Source: Trichoplax adhaerens (taxonomy: Eukaryota; Animalia; Placozoa). From it: a stretch of DNA of 64,000 bases. Below the pieces are notes generated by a model, which saw only the letters and a program-made list of their open reading frames with translations, searched no databases and was not told the DNA's origin. The stretch lies in the NCBI RefSeq assembly GCF_000150275.1, contig NW_002060943.1:7324066-7388065 (forward strand), read 5' to 3'. The position numbers and the translations under genes are program-made. This document shows, piece after piece, positions 13,301-26,721 of this stretch; within the stretch, counting starts at the first letter, position 1, and every line of letters begins with the position of its first letter.

Positions 13301-14272
13301 GGGCCATACCTAGGTAATCATTATATAATTATTAACATTTAGCCGTATTTGATAACTATTATAACCAAAAATTACAACCAAGACATAATTAAAATTCCTT
13401 TAGTGCTATGTGATAAAGTTTTTAGTTACATGTTAGAAATATATATACTTTAGTGTGTTAACGTTAGTATTTCGTGTAAGTTACAGATTAAAGGGTTATT
13501 TATTTTTTATTATTATATGGAAATTACAGGGAAAACACTGGCATAGTGCTAAGGCAGTTGCGAGATTGGCTGAACACAAATAACTTTTATGCTCATTACC
13601 CTGGTAATGGATAGTTGTAATTACATTGAATATGGAGAGTATTACAGAGCATTATTTTAATTAAAATTTTAATTTTTTAATTTCACGTTAGTTGAAGTAC
13701 GATTTGTTAAAAGAGATGATGTTTACCTTAGCCAAAATTATGAACGTGATACATGCCACATCAACATCGTTATGTATAGGTATAGTAAAGAGTCTGTAAA
13801 GAACGATATCTTTATTGTAATAGCGTCTATTTAAAGTTACTCTTGTTTTAAAATACTCAATCTTCTCAAAAAGACCTTATGGAAAATTCATTCCTCATGA
13901 CCGCTATTGGAAGGCATACGAAGAAATAATGCTTGCTGCTAAAGGAAAACCCCACTGGGCTAAGGTTGGGCATAAGTAATATACAGTAATACGTACACGC
14001 CGCATATTTAAACGCTGCTTAGCTTTTTTATTTAAACGATTAGATATTAAAGAATTTAAAAATTCGGTTATACTACATTATCTTAAGTTATGTAATGCAA
14101 TAACACTAATTGAAGCTACGTTTATTAGGCGCATAGTCTGACGTATAAAGAATTGTCACAGATGTATCCTCAATATGATAAGTTTTGCAAAATCCGCGAT
14201 GAACTTGATCCCAATCGGATATTTATTAATCGTTATTTGACCCAAGTTCTCTTTGAAGGCCGGGAAGAGTAA
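10268..14272 (+). CDS. GULO: L-gulono-gamma-lactone oxidase (FAD-linked, ascorbate synthesis); first ATG-bearing exon not located
   Basis: Exons encode FSNWAKTYQCQPELYF, VVGCGHSPSDITCT (FAD-linking His motif), GSVSDITLSGAIATGTH, EHFRFGWFPHT, FNFECLFKQYVTEWAIP, HYPVEVRFV, GKPHWAK, LDPNRIFINRYL; TAA at 14270-14272. Confidence 0.92.
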
Positions 14273-15258
14273 ATTACAAGTTTTGCAGCAGCATTTTTAA
14301 AGAAATGACGTACATTCTTTCAACAAATTGATAGTATCAGCATGACCATTGTATACTGTAAATTACTTATTTGGTCGTATATTAATAGAGTTTACTAGAT
14401 TATTTAAAGCTTTAGGATGGGATTTATTTACTATCACTACGGATTTATAATGTACGCGTACGGGTATTATATTAATGATTGCTTTCTTCTTTACGTATAT
14501 CGGCTTATACTAATTAATGTAGCAAAAACATTTTCATCTTCCTAAGGTCCATTGCTCTCATCATAGGCATTTATGAATAAGACTCTGTATTCCTTGTTAT
14601 TTGAATTAAAATAATTGTGTTAGAATTTTTATTATCAGCTTTATGATAAATTACCTTTTGGGCTTGTTTTTATAGTTAGATTTTATACTAATGATATTAC
14701 TAGATAACAACTTGATAATCCATATAGATTAAGAGAACCCAAGGACATAACCAATTTACTGTAAAATATTTTACTTTGTCATTTCAAAAATAGATAGTTA
14801 CTACATTAAGTCATAGAAGCTACATCACCTTAAAATATGCTATATACCCCTTTATATTTATATTACAATCACTATACAGTACGTAAATCGTTGCTAATTT
14901 GGATTAGATAGTTGCAAGCCGAAATATTATAATTATACTATACATTAAACCCAATAACAATCATTTAGCAAAGAAGCGATAATTTCAACGTATACCATGT
15001 GCATCAGAAGTAATGAAAAATAAAAAATTGAGCTCAATCAATGGTGTATATAACTAAATATATAATACAGAATAGTAAGAATGGAGTCAAGGTTATAGTA
15101 TCTCATTGATCACCCAACAAGTATAAATATTTTGGCGAATTAGTGTTGATTGACGCTCTTTGTCCAATTAATTTTAGATTAGAATGTGTTCCAATAAGAA
15201 AGTGAGACGTCAATTCTCTTCATCAAATGATGTATCATCAATTTGAAAGTATTTTACT

Positions 15259-17222
15259 TTATTCTAGTACATCATCAAACGATAGTTTCCTGACAGATGC
15301 GTCCATTATATGGCCAGTATCGCGAGACTTTAATTCGCCTTGCAAATATGGGCTATTACTTGGAATAGGAGATATATCAATACAAAGCATTTCCGCTTTT
15401 ATCATTGATGATCGAGCTGGAGTTGAAGAGAATTGACTGCAGTCTGATGTATAGCTTGATTCCTTTGAAAGAGAAAATCGACATAAAATTTACAACTTAT
15501 TCGTGCTAACATTGGGACTACTATGTGTACACACATTTAGTAGAGGTAGAGTTAAATAAAAAACTTACCTGAGAAGATAATGCCAATTCACCCAAAGACA
15601 TGGGACCGATAGTACTATTATCAATACTAGCATAAGGTAGAAAAACGTTTATTATACCATTGTCCGTCATTAATATGGTTTAGAAGAGCAATTTACTGGC
15701 TGACTTAGTTCATACCTCTCACTACGACAGCTAGTATTAAGACTCATCCTCTCACACCCTACTAATGGTGATTTAGTGAAGGAATTTTGATATTGACACA
15801 TACTAGTAGCATTTCCTTGAAGAAATAACTTCTTACGTAGTGATGACAATAATATATCTTTATAAGCTTTCTGGCTAGTGGAATTTTGACAACCTATGTG
15901 TGCAAATGAAGATACAGTCTTTATTTTTGCTCTAATTAAGAAATATAACATGATCTTATTATTAGCAAGAGGATTTTCCTCATGTCCTATAATGCAATAC
16001 TCACTCTCAGGCGTAACAAACAATGCTGTAGAATTAACCGGCATAAAAGGCGATTTTGCTGAACTTTGGCTCTTAGTATGTGAATTCTCTAAAGAAATTG
16101 GATAACGTGGCAATATTGTTAACACTACTGAATGATTCATGTTGGCTATGATTACTTTTAAGACTCATATTATTCAAGAAAAAGTATTTATTGTATCGTC
16201 GAAAACTGTCAGCTAGAATGACAAACATTGAACACCATACAGTACTGCAGCCTCTATAACATTTTAGCTCTAAGTTCGTATTTTATATTCAATAGTGACA
16301 GTCACGAAGATTACTGTCAATAAGAAATGGAAGCTTTCATTTAAAGCACAATCCTTACTTGATTCTTTGTTTACCCAAGGTGACGGAGCAATTAGATTTT
16401 GACTAAAAAACTATAAAATAAATTCAACAGTGATTAGACTGGCTAGAAGTGTATTGGCATTTTAACTATGTTACGATTTCTTTTAATCGCAATCATATAC
16501 TTGAAAAGTTTTCAATTATAGCATGAAAGATGATTGAAAAATGGCAGATGGTTGTATCTAATTTTTTTTATTCATTTTCTTACACTTTCTATCGCATTTT
16601 GGGATTCTTCTTCTTGTTCTTTAGACAATCTGGAAGAGAAGAGCAAAATTAATGATTTCTATCAACAGTACTCTGTGACGCCTATCAATTATTCTTATCT
16701 ACTTACAAAACTGTTGAATCTTGGTCTGTTTGCTCATCAATATCTGCGGGATTCTATATACCATTTAAAATTTTTGATTACTGTCACGCTTTCACATATT
16801 ATGTAGATGGAAAGAATCAAGATTGATTATACGATCATCCTATTTGCAGTGGACTTACCATTACTGCAATTTGATCAATACTCCATCGAAATGTTTTAGT
16901 CTATCCAAAAAAAAAAAAAATGAATACACATTAAATCAAATCCACTATTGATGGAAGAGAATAAATGAATCCAAACTGCGAGTGTTATTATTATTATTAT
17001 TGGAGACAGTTGACAGTTCTGCGGCATTTATCGTTGAAGGACGCATTAACATTCGGACAAACCTTTGGCTTGTTTGGTGTGGATAATTTTTTCATCAAAG
17101 ATGGGCTAAAATCTGGAAAATTGATACGGTTATTATTGCACCAAGGCTCGAAAGGATTATAGGAGCACTGCAATGAAGACATGGTGTCCATCGGCGGAGT
17201 GGATGAAGGTCGATTTACTTTC
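15259..17222 (-). CDS. BORA: Aurora-A kinase activator Bora (multi-exon; 5' end uncertain, may extend to about 17390)
   Basis: Spliced minus-strand exons give YNPFE...FSPSLMKKLSTPNKPK|TKTFRWSIDQIAVM|NPADIDE...|...SQNAIES|FFSQNLIAPSPW, then SSLRKKLF and QFSSTP...DISPI, matching the Bora N-terminal motifs (FRWSIDQ, IxPSPW, SLRRKLF). Middle exon boundaries are not fully resolved. Confidence 0.85.
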
Positions 17223-17499
17223 TAATTCTTACCAATGACTGCTTTCACGCAATCTTGTTCCTAAAACATCTATTGATTATACGTTGACTTCTTGTACTTG
17301 CTGATGATGATAGATAGTTTTACTAGGAATGCAAATTGCAGTAGGTAAAACTGTTTATTAATAAGGAATAGACCATCGGCGTCATTCATTAGCCACTAGG
17401 ATTTCTTTCCCATTTTTTGTTGTGCAACAAAATTTGAAAGCAGCCAATGAATGACATGAATGAGACTGAGTCTGCGTTGAAGAAGTCGCTGGTAGGTCC

Positions 17500-18790
17500 G
17501 CTTGACATCACGTGGTTGATCAACCGTGATGATAATACTCGACGACTGTACTGAATTCAGTCTATCGTGCGCATGCGTTAGTCGTATTGAGTTGTTACAG
17601 TATATTGTACACTGTGCACTCATACTGTACTGTACTACAGTAGTATCGATCTACAGTACTGTATGGAACCGTTTGGAAGGCAACTTTAGAGGGCCAAAAT
17701 GGAATTAATTAACTTGATAAACAAATGAAGTGATTTTCTTCTTGATACAACTAGAATAATGTATCATCGTTTAAGCTCTTTACGCTGAGTATCGGAGTCA
17801 TCGGGGTTATTATGGCTGGGCCTAGTGTACACTGTACAGTAAAGCGTGCGATGAGAATGTTAAATGATGTTGAAATGGTATCATATTGTACTTCTTTTGT
17901 ATGAGTCAGTATGACTAAGATGGAGAACTTTTGTAAAAGAAAGTGGCGGGTTCTACCACACTACTGTACATTGTGCAGTGTGTCATGTACGACCGTACAG
18001 TGTGATTTCTTCGATATATATATGGATTTAAATAGTAATCAAGCATAAGTAAAACGCTTCAAAAAGACCAATGGTTGTGAACCTTCCTAAACAGATAGGT
18101 CTCATATACATATTAAAAGCATGCATTTGCGATCAATTATAATGATATATAAATGACAGGTCTATCAAATGGTAATACTATCTGTTAAATGAGCACATTA
18201 TCGTAAACCGTCAGCAAAGCGACGGGAGTTTGCACTAGTGTATAATGAAACACGTACAGTAGGTTTGAAAATACAAAATTGTGCTGTTTATTGAAAGAAT
18301 GTACCACTCAACCGAGCAAAATACCAGTTGAAATAGTTGCGAATTGAACATACTTGTACAATTGTGCATGCATTAAACTAACACACAAGTCGTCCTTGGA
18401 CTTAATTAGTAAACGAAAGCCATGCTGCCATTAGCATACAGTACAGTATGGAGTACAGTATACACTGTACACTGTACTGTACTGTACTGTACGATATCAC
18501 GTGGGTGAGTCTCCACTACAGTGTACAATGTACAGTACTACGCTACAGTATAATGTACTCAGTACATTGTACAGTACTGTACTATACGATATCACGTGGG
18601 TGAGTCTCTACTACAGTGTACAGTGTACCGTACTGCACTACAGTATAATACACTCAGTACATTGTACTGTATGATGTCACGTGAGTGAGTCTCTACTACA
18701 GTGTACAGTGTACAGTACTGCGCTACATTGTACTGCATACGAAACCGCTTGACGCTTGCTGTCATCTGCTTTTCACATCTAGGAGCCAAA
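17500..18790. promoter_or_regulatory. Divergent BORA/DCAF7 promoter region
   Basis: E-box TCACGTG near 17508, NRF1-like TGCGCATGCG 17568-17577, TACAG/CTGTA clusters at 17597-17665 and 18437-18735. Confidence 0.5.
18470..18735. repeat. ~90-95-bp tandem repeat (3 copies) immediately upstream of DCAF7
   Basis: GAT(A/G)TCACGTG(G/A)GTGAGTCTC(C/T)ACTACAGTGTACA.TGTAC.GTACT recurs at about 18493, 18588 and 18673. Confidence 0.9.
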
Positions 18791-18792
18791 AA

Positions 18793-21009
18793 ATGTCGAT
18801 GCCAGAGATAAGTCGCAAGAAAGAAATCTACAAATACGAAGCTCCATGGAATCTTTACAGCATGAATTGGAGCATTCGTCCTGATAAAGGTTTCCGTCTA
18901 GCTTTTGGTAGCTTTATTGAAGAATATAATAATAAGGTATGCCATAAAACATGTTGTTGATGCATGGCTAAAACAACCGATCCAATTGATCAGCCGTCAT
19001 CATCCGCTTCAATGACAGTAGACTAAGACGATATCACATGTTTAAGACACTCGATAGCAGTCTACTACCGACACAACACAATAACAAGACAATATAGGCA
19101 AGAAGGAAAACTATGGCTGGGGATGCTCTTTCATTCCATTTGTTTCTTTTTAGTCAGCACTCAGTCACACAGTGTCGACAAACTTTTCTTTCACTTAAAC
19201 TATAAAAATTCATCATGAAAACTAGTTTTGTCCTTAATTTATCCAACATAGCTCATCGTTCTTGACTCGATGTGTCTTGTTGATCATCACTCTTCAACTT
19301 CTTTCTACAATGGAACTCGATCGATATAAACACTAGCGATCGACAAATTGAACTACTACAAATACACTTCAATTACTGCATTTTTTCTCCTAATTTGATG
19401 CTTACTATCATTGATTAGGTTCAAATTGTATCTCTCGACAATGATGACGCTGATTTTGTTGTCAGATCAACGTTCGATCATCCTTATCCAACCACTAAAT
19501 TAATGTGGATTCCAGATGGGGTAATTTATCTCCGCTGATATTGAATACTAATAAACTACGTAGCTTGATTTCACAGATCAAATAGTTGCACAACATGGAT
19601 TATTCCTGTTCTAACCTATGTTCAATCAATTTTCTATTTAAAGAAAGGGATATATCCAGATCTTTTGGCTACATCTGGTGATTATTTAAGATTGTGGAGA
19701 GTAGGCGATGAAGGAACAAAATTAGAATGCTTATTAAACAATGTAAGTTAAATAATATCCGAATTATTTATTTGGATACTTTAACTGACTTTATTAACCA
19801 ATATTTGATGTTTCTTGAACAAAGAGTATGAATTCCGATTTTTGCGCTCCGTTGACTTCCTTCGATTGGAATGAAATTGATCCAAATATCATCGGAACGT
19901 CAAGTATTGATACTACTTGTACGATATGGAATATAGAGGTACAGGCCACAAAATGGATTGTAGTATGGTTAGCGTGATTGAACCATTCAACCACAGTAGT
20001 ACTCATTAATAGTCAATGATGGAATGCCATGCCAATTTTCTTTTACTAACCTTTTTATGTAATATATATATATATATATATATATGTTAGACTGGTCGAG
20101 CAATTAGTAGATCTACACCTGTTTCAGGACGTATTGCAACACAGCTGATTGCACATGATAACGAGGTAATTTCTTCCTATCGATAAACATTACAGTACCT
20201 AGCCATCCTATTTAGAAAAAAACTGACCAATACATTTATTCAAACAAGGTTTACGATATAGCATTTAGTAGAGCATCTGGTGGACGTGAAATTTTTGCCT
20301 CGGTTGGCGCCGATGGCTCAGTACGGATGTTCGATTTAAGGTAGTCTTTACTAACAAATTAATCGAATACGTGGTAGCTACGACATGACCTAGACGATGT
20401 ACTCTTACTAAAACTGACTGAAAAACCTGATATTGTAGGCATTTGGAGCATTCAACAATCATCTATGAAGATCAAGCGCATGCTGCATTACTGAGGTTAT
20501 GCTGGAATAAACAAGATGCCAATTATTTGGCGACATTCGCTCTCGATAATTGCGATGTACGTCTCTATATCCAGCTCTTAACTGTCTATCTGTTGTTACC
20601 CTTTAAAGACAGAGTATTAATGCACATTGTATCAATTTACATTCTAGGTCATCATCCTTGATATTAGAGTGCCATGTACGCCTGTTGCACGCTTAAGTAA
20701 CCATCGAGCTTCAGTAAACGGTATCGCATGGGCACCCCATTCCTCATGTCATATATGTACCGCTGGTAAGATTGAATCTCATCTAGATGATGACTGTTAA
20801 TTTTATAACTTAATCCATTCGATCTATTCTATTTAGCTGATGATAAGCAAGCTCTAATTTGGGATATTCAGAAAATGCCCAGAGCTATTGAAGATCCTAT
20901 CTTAGCTTATACTGCAAAAGGCGAAATAAACCAAATTCAATGGTCGTCAACGCAACCTGATTGGATTGCAATTTGCTATTCAAACTGTCTAGAAATATTA
21001 CGTGTCTAA
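18793..21009 (+). CDS. DCAF7: DDB1- and CUL4-associated factor 7 (WDR68/HAN11) WD40 scaffold
   Basis: [27 protein letters not shown]...[15 protein letters not shown]|VQIV...[15 protein letters not shown]|...[60 protein letters not shown], ...LEILRV*; canonical GT-AG introns. Confidence 0.97.
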
Positions 21010-21366
21010 AGTCAAGATAACACTATTTACTTATTAATCTTTAAAAATTTTATATAACGCCAACTTTTATTTAATTAAACATTTGTATATAGATTTTTAA
21101 CTCGACATTAAAACTGTAGCATGACCGAAATACACCTAATTCCTATGTTTGTCATCTTATAGCATATGATAATATTTGTAACCTATGGTATACATACAGT
21201 AGTAAAGCGTCTCACCGCCTATGTACTATATATTATCTATTCTTTATTTGTATTTAAAAAGTGCTGTCGACATCACGGTAAAAAATACTATTGATGTCAT
21301 TTGAAATAGATCTATTTCAAGTCCGAAAAATATGGAACATGCATGATTAAGTTAATGAATAAATTG

Positions 21367-24147
21367 CTATTCGTTACTGGCTTCTTTGATCCATTTTGCT
21401 ATGTGCATTTTTTCAATTTTTCTGGCATGCTTGACCGTTGCAGGATCATCTTTATTTGCATGGCGAAGATCAAGATGATGTGCACCGCCTTCAATTACAA
21501 TGGCAACTAGAGATTTAGAAAGTGATTTTAAGACACCACCACCAGACCAAGGATCTAGGTTACCATTACTAAATACGATGTTGCTGGCAGCTTTAATTCT
21601 CTTGCCACCGTACTATATTTATAAAATGAAGTTAGTATGATGATAGTATCAGCTTACTTACATCTCCATGTTGACGTTAGCTAGTAATACTGCACATTCA
21701 TGGAAATTACATAATTTACAATTCGAGCTTTACATTACCAAGGTTTGTGCCCAGAATGGTCTTGTTCTAACACCATACTGTTCTTTACAGATAGCAGCCA
21801 TAGCTGTGAGGTTAAATGGTGTAGGTTCAAACATATCATGTACTCCGTCCATGCACACGGGTAAAACCATTTCTGTGCAAGACTAGAATAGTTTTCACAC
21901 TCTTAGTTCAGGATTATTTAACAAGTTGCACTAGTACAATTATAATTCGTAAGTTGATAATAACACATTGATAGCAGAAGTAATGTAACGTAGACAAATT
22001 TTGTGCAACTAACGTGAACGCTGATTATGGTCAATATGAAATTACCTGAAAATTCCATCCTGCTATACCCAAGTGTGATGTCGCATCCTGATCTGTGTTA
22101 AAACATTTACTATTACCGGTATGATTGAAATAAACATTTAAACCCTTAGCAATTCCTCGTATTAACAGAGTGTCGTTAGCCAATGGTTTTTGTAGAGAAG
22201 CGCAAACAGCCTTAACTGGTTTAGCAGGTAATGGCTCCAGAAAATTAGCTGGGTAAGGATAATCGACTAGCAATACAAGAATAGAATGTTTAATTCCACA
22301 GATTCTTTGGTAGTACAGTGCTATACATTATCAATATTGTTACGGGATAATGTCGATCGACAAGTGTTACTTTAATGTCTATTTTATCTTATTTTATTTA
22401 CGAATGATTTCGTGATAACTAGCTTTAATCCATGTATAATGTTGCAAATAGTGTAAAATAATACCAAGACTATAATCGATATTATATGAATGGCCTGGAA
22501 ATACAGTAACTGCAATCATAGAATTAAATTGTATATTATTGTAAGTATCTCTGGTACGCACTGCAGCTCTGCAATTATCACTTACCTTCAGCAAGGTTAA
22601 CCCAGATACTTGATAGCCAATTAACTAGTGCGTCTACATCAGATGGACTCTTTAACGGGTTACAAAGTTTTAAAGTAGTGGAGAGAGTATGTCTTCCACT
22701 TTTGGTTGATCCTAATTTTCTAATTACCTTCCAGGAATTTCTGATATTCTTTGGACACTCTGGATAAGCTAATTTGAATGTATTTGTTACTATGCTAGAG
22801 AATCGATCGCAAGGAGTTAACCCTTCTAATTGCCAAATTGGAGCTGAAGCGGCTATAGCACCATCAACAATATTGGGATATTTTATTCTTAGCCATGCAG
22901 TTAGCATGCCTCCATAAGAGCCACCAAAAGCTATTACTGAACTATTTTGGGTACCATGAGTTTCCGCTTTGAAGTCAACGATAAATTGAGCGAAATCAGC
23001 AAGTGCTTGTTCCGAGCTGAGATAGGCTAGATGTTCTTTATCCTTAAAGGAATCCCTAAATGCGTACAGGGACAAGGTGATATTACACAATTATCGTTGC
23101 TGTTAAGTTGGTTTATAATATCAGTGACTATAATAATATGATTAAAATTCAATGAATAATAATGATTTTTTTTCCGCCTCTTGTAAATTAATTACATACG
23201 GTACAGATATATCATTATGTCGGTGCGGGTGGCAGCAAATTACAAAGTTTTCATAGTTCATTACAGTATATAAACTATTGTATGTGGTAATCTCGGATTG
23301 ATAGATCAGCATGTGCTCTGGTTATAGGTGGCTAAGCTTGACTACAACGATGGTTTATAAAATAGTTTCACTAGTGTACGTCAAGAGTTTACTGTTTAAC
23401 GTCTAGTTGCAATAAACAAGTGCATCTATCATTTAGTAGATACTGTATACCGAATGGTTTACTGAACATGGGCTTTAATGATACAGGGAGTTTCTGTAAA
23501 AGTTCTTCAATCATGCTACTGCTGGCTTAAAAGTTGTCGAATGATGTCTGTCATATAACTAGTTGATAGAGTATTGATAGAGGTATAATAATCATGATTA
23601 CGTTTACCTAAATAAACTACTAAGGCTTAACTTATTGTAGCCGTAAGACCATTTTATGAAATGGAACGATAGCTATAGGTATAAGTGAACAGGTAACGGT
23701 CAAATTTGAACAGGCAGTATATGTGTACAATCCATGAGAACATTGCAAACTAGAGCTATTTGATTTGTGAAAAAGCTTTACATACTTTCCGAAAGGCAAA
23801 GTTTTTCCGTAGTAACGATGCTCAACAAATATCAGCATGGCGTTAAATTCTGGAGCAATATCCCACATAAAACCCGTGTTTTTAGCAAACCAGGTAATAT
23901 CCCCTTCGTTGCCAGTATAGAAGAAGATGGGTGAGCCTTTTTTCCAATATTTTTGTGAGATTAAATACCTCTGCTGGAATTTTCTATCGTCTGCTGGGCT
24001 AAAATGATCTAATCGTTGTTTGAAATATTTGGTTTGATATTTGACATTACTTTGGAAAGAATCGCTGGGCCAAGCTAAAGCGTGCCATCTTATCATCATC
24101 ACCATGATAACAGCTAATAACATTCCTCCTCTTCTTAAAGTAATCAT
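21367..24147 (-). CDS. PRCP: Lysosomal Pro-X carboxypeptidase (peptidase S28)
   Basis: Signal-peptide-like N-terminus; QRLDHF, PIFFYTGNEG, EHRYYG, GGSYGGML (catalytic Ser), DYPYPANFL, NGNLDPWSGGG (Asp), GAHHLDLR (His); TAG at 21369-21367. Confidence 0.95.
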
Positions 24148-24976
24148 TATGATTGTCTATGGATGGTGATAGATCGTTGATATTACTGTCGATGCGATCA
24201 ATATGGTTAAAATACACTTCAAAGCTCCACACAATCAACACTAGCAATGACTAGTAGGGGATTTGAACTGAGTATTTCCAATTACAAGAGTTAGCCTCCA
24301 ACAAAAGTGCAAAAAATTCACACTTTCTATCAGCTCGATATCGAGTCTATAATAGTACCGTATGAGCAGGAAATAGATTCTTAACACTTGTGCTGTACAG
24401 TATAGTAGAGGAAAACTAGTATATATATATAAGTATACAAATAAATAAATAATATAATAATTATACAATAATATACAAACAAACGGAAATTTTTTTTTGG
24501 CAAGACTGAGCGATGGGTGTGGGCAATAGGTTAGCGACGGCAGGTATGGCGTATACTATACAAGGATAGTGTACAATACAGTAGCAGGGGATATAGTGTA
24601 CAGTATTGAAAATGGAGGTGTTAATAGGATAATAAGGATTTCAATAAACAGCCTAGGCACTAGAATAACAGTTAGTCATGATCTCGCCGGAAACAAAACG
24701 CTCATGTATTTCTCGTGACTTTCTTGCAGAATAAAGGATAGAATAGAATCTACTATGCCATAGGGCTTTCTTCTATCCTTAGGAAGAATATTAAGATTGA
24801 AGTCTGTACAGTCTGGAGTCCATGACTGATGTCAGACAATGGATAATTGTGTCTGTGCATGCTAATCGCTGAAGATTTTCAGCTTTCCGTTTGGATCGGC
24901 ATAATCATTGCTACTCTTCTTCTTTCCAGCAGTCTCTGGCAACGTTAATAGGCAAAACACTGTGATTGTATTGTCA

Positions 24977-25230
24977 TGACTATGAGTGTCAAAATTGCTG
25001 TAGACTTAGGTATTATATATATATATATATATACTGTATACTTATTACAGTTAAATAAATTATCGCACTGTAATATCCAGGTTTCCTTCTAGCGATTCTA
25101 GTGATGACTATGAGTTATCAAGATTGCTGTAGACTTAGGTATTACATATATATATATACTGTATACTTATTACAGTTAAATAAATTATTGCACTGTAATA
25201 TCCAGGTTTCCTTCTAGTGATTCTAGTGAT
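24977..25230. repeat. Two-copy ~128-bp tandem duplication containing an (AT)n microsatellite
   Basis: GACTATGAGT...GCTGTAGACTTAGGTATT(AT)n...CCAGGTTTCCTTCTAG.GATTCTAGTGAT twice, nearly identical. Confidence 0.92.
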
Positions 25231-26721
25231 CCGTGATTGAGGTAATGGAAATCCGTTTTGCAATTCGGTAACTCGACACAAAATAATTCCAAGTTACGCG
25301 TATATTGTACTCGTATAACCTGCAATCGATAGTTCACGATAGATACTGTACGAGTGCCAAGATGGGCAACAATGCTTCAATTAAAATGTGCTAATTTATT
25401 ATTGAAGTTTTCTCAACGATCAGTATCAGTAATCGGCACCATCTCCAGATCGAAGCAATAGGCACAAGGAGTACAGAAATTGTATTATCATAACTGATAG
25501 TATTACTCTATCATAGTTGATAGAGCCCCCTAGTGAGCAGCCTATCCTCTAAGATATTAGTAACCATCGTGAAGTAGGTTAAATAACGCTTCCTCGGTTA
25601 CCTTATATCTACATTCCATTTTTATTCACATTAATAGAGCTCATAATCACAGCCAATTATCGTAGAATGGCTCAGAGATCGGTATAGATTAGATTGAACT
25701 TCTTATTCTCACTTTCATTCTAATCAATCAAAATTAATGCAATTAGCATTTAATTAGTAGTTTGTAATTTCGCAGATACTATCATAAGCATGCAAAGTTT
25801 ATTATACAAGTGTATTATTATTTTTTTGAGCTTACAAGTTTCCAATTGCAACTATTAAAATGCATACTAATTCTCATTTCTGCTATATAGAACGGTATCT
25901 TAGTAGATAAGCTTGAGGAGTATCCTACTGTACTAAAGACATTATTTGCATAGATATTGTACGAATCAAAGCACTATACACGCACTTACTATGAAGAGAT
26001 GGTAAACTGAACAGTCTACCTAACCAATACTGCAATTTTAGCATGCATGGAGTGATAATTCTATTCCAGTGCTATTGCCAATAGTAAATGATTGTTAGAA
26101 AAATAAATCAATGATGCTAATATAGCAAACTAAAATGGAATCAGCGGATCCCTAAAATGAAATATACTACTAACGCTAAACCTATTAATATAATTTCTTA
26201 CGTATCATGATAACGGATTATCGATGATATTCATCAATCGAATTAAAAATTTACATTTTGTAAAGTACTATAATAAATGGCATATTGGTAGCTTTTATGC
26301 TGGTTCTACTGATCGTTGTCTACATACTGAAGAAGAGGGCATAATCTATAGGATATAGCACGCCATCACAATATCCTTAAATATATCCTAGATCTTTAAA
26401 TAGACTAAATACGTGCATGATATATTGATGCTAATTACACTTGAATTTAGATGGTATGTACCTCCCAGGCGTTGCGTCAACGCGTTTACTGACAAGTTAA
26501 TGTACATCGTAATCGTATACATAAAAAAGATGCAGGATAATCAGCCATCCACATTAATTAATTCATAATACAAAATTTTCGTTTGTTTACTAAAATCACA
26601 TGTACTGTACATTACATACAACACATAATTTAATTACTAGATTTTGAATTCAAAATGGTCATGCCACGTAATCAACATAAGTATAGTGCACAATTAGAAA
26701 CAAATCAACGTTAGGCTACGT

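Noticed and set aside
19640-20250. Three AAG (rather than YAG) splice acceptors in DCAF7, with others in GULO and BORA
   Set aside because: AAG acceptors are a known minority class; counts are too small to call unusual without genome-wide statistics.
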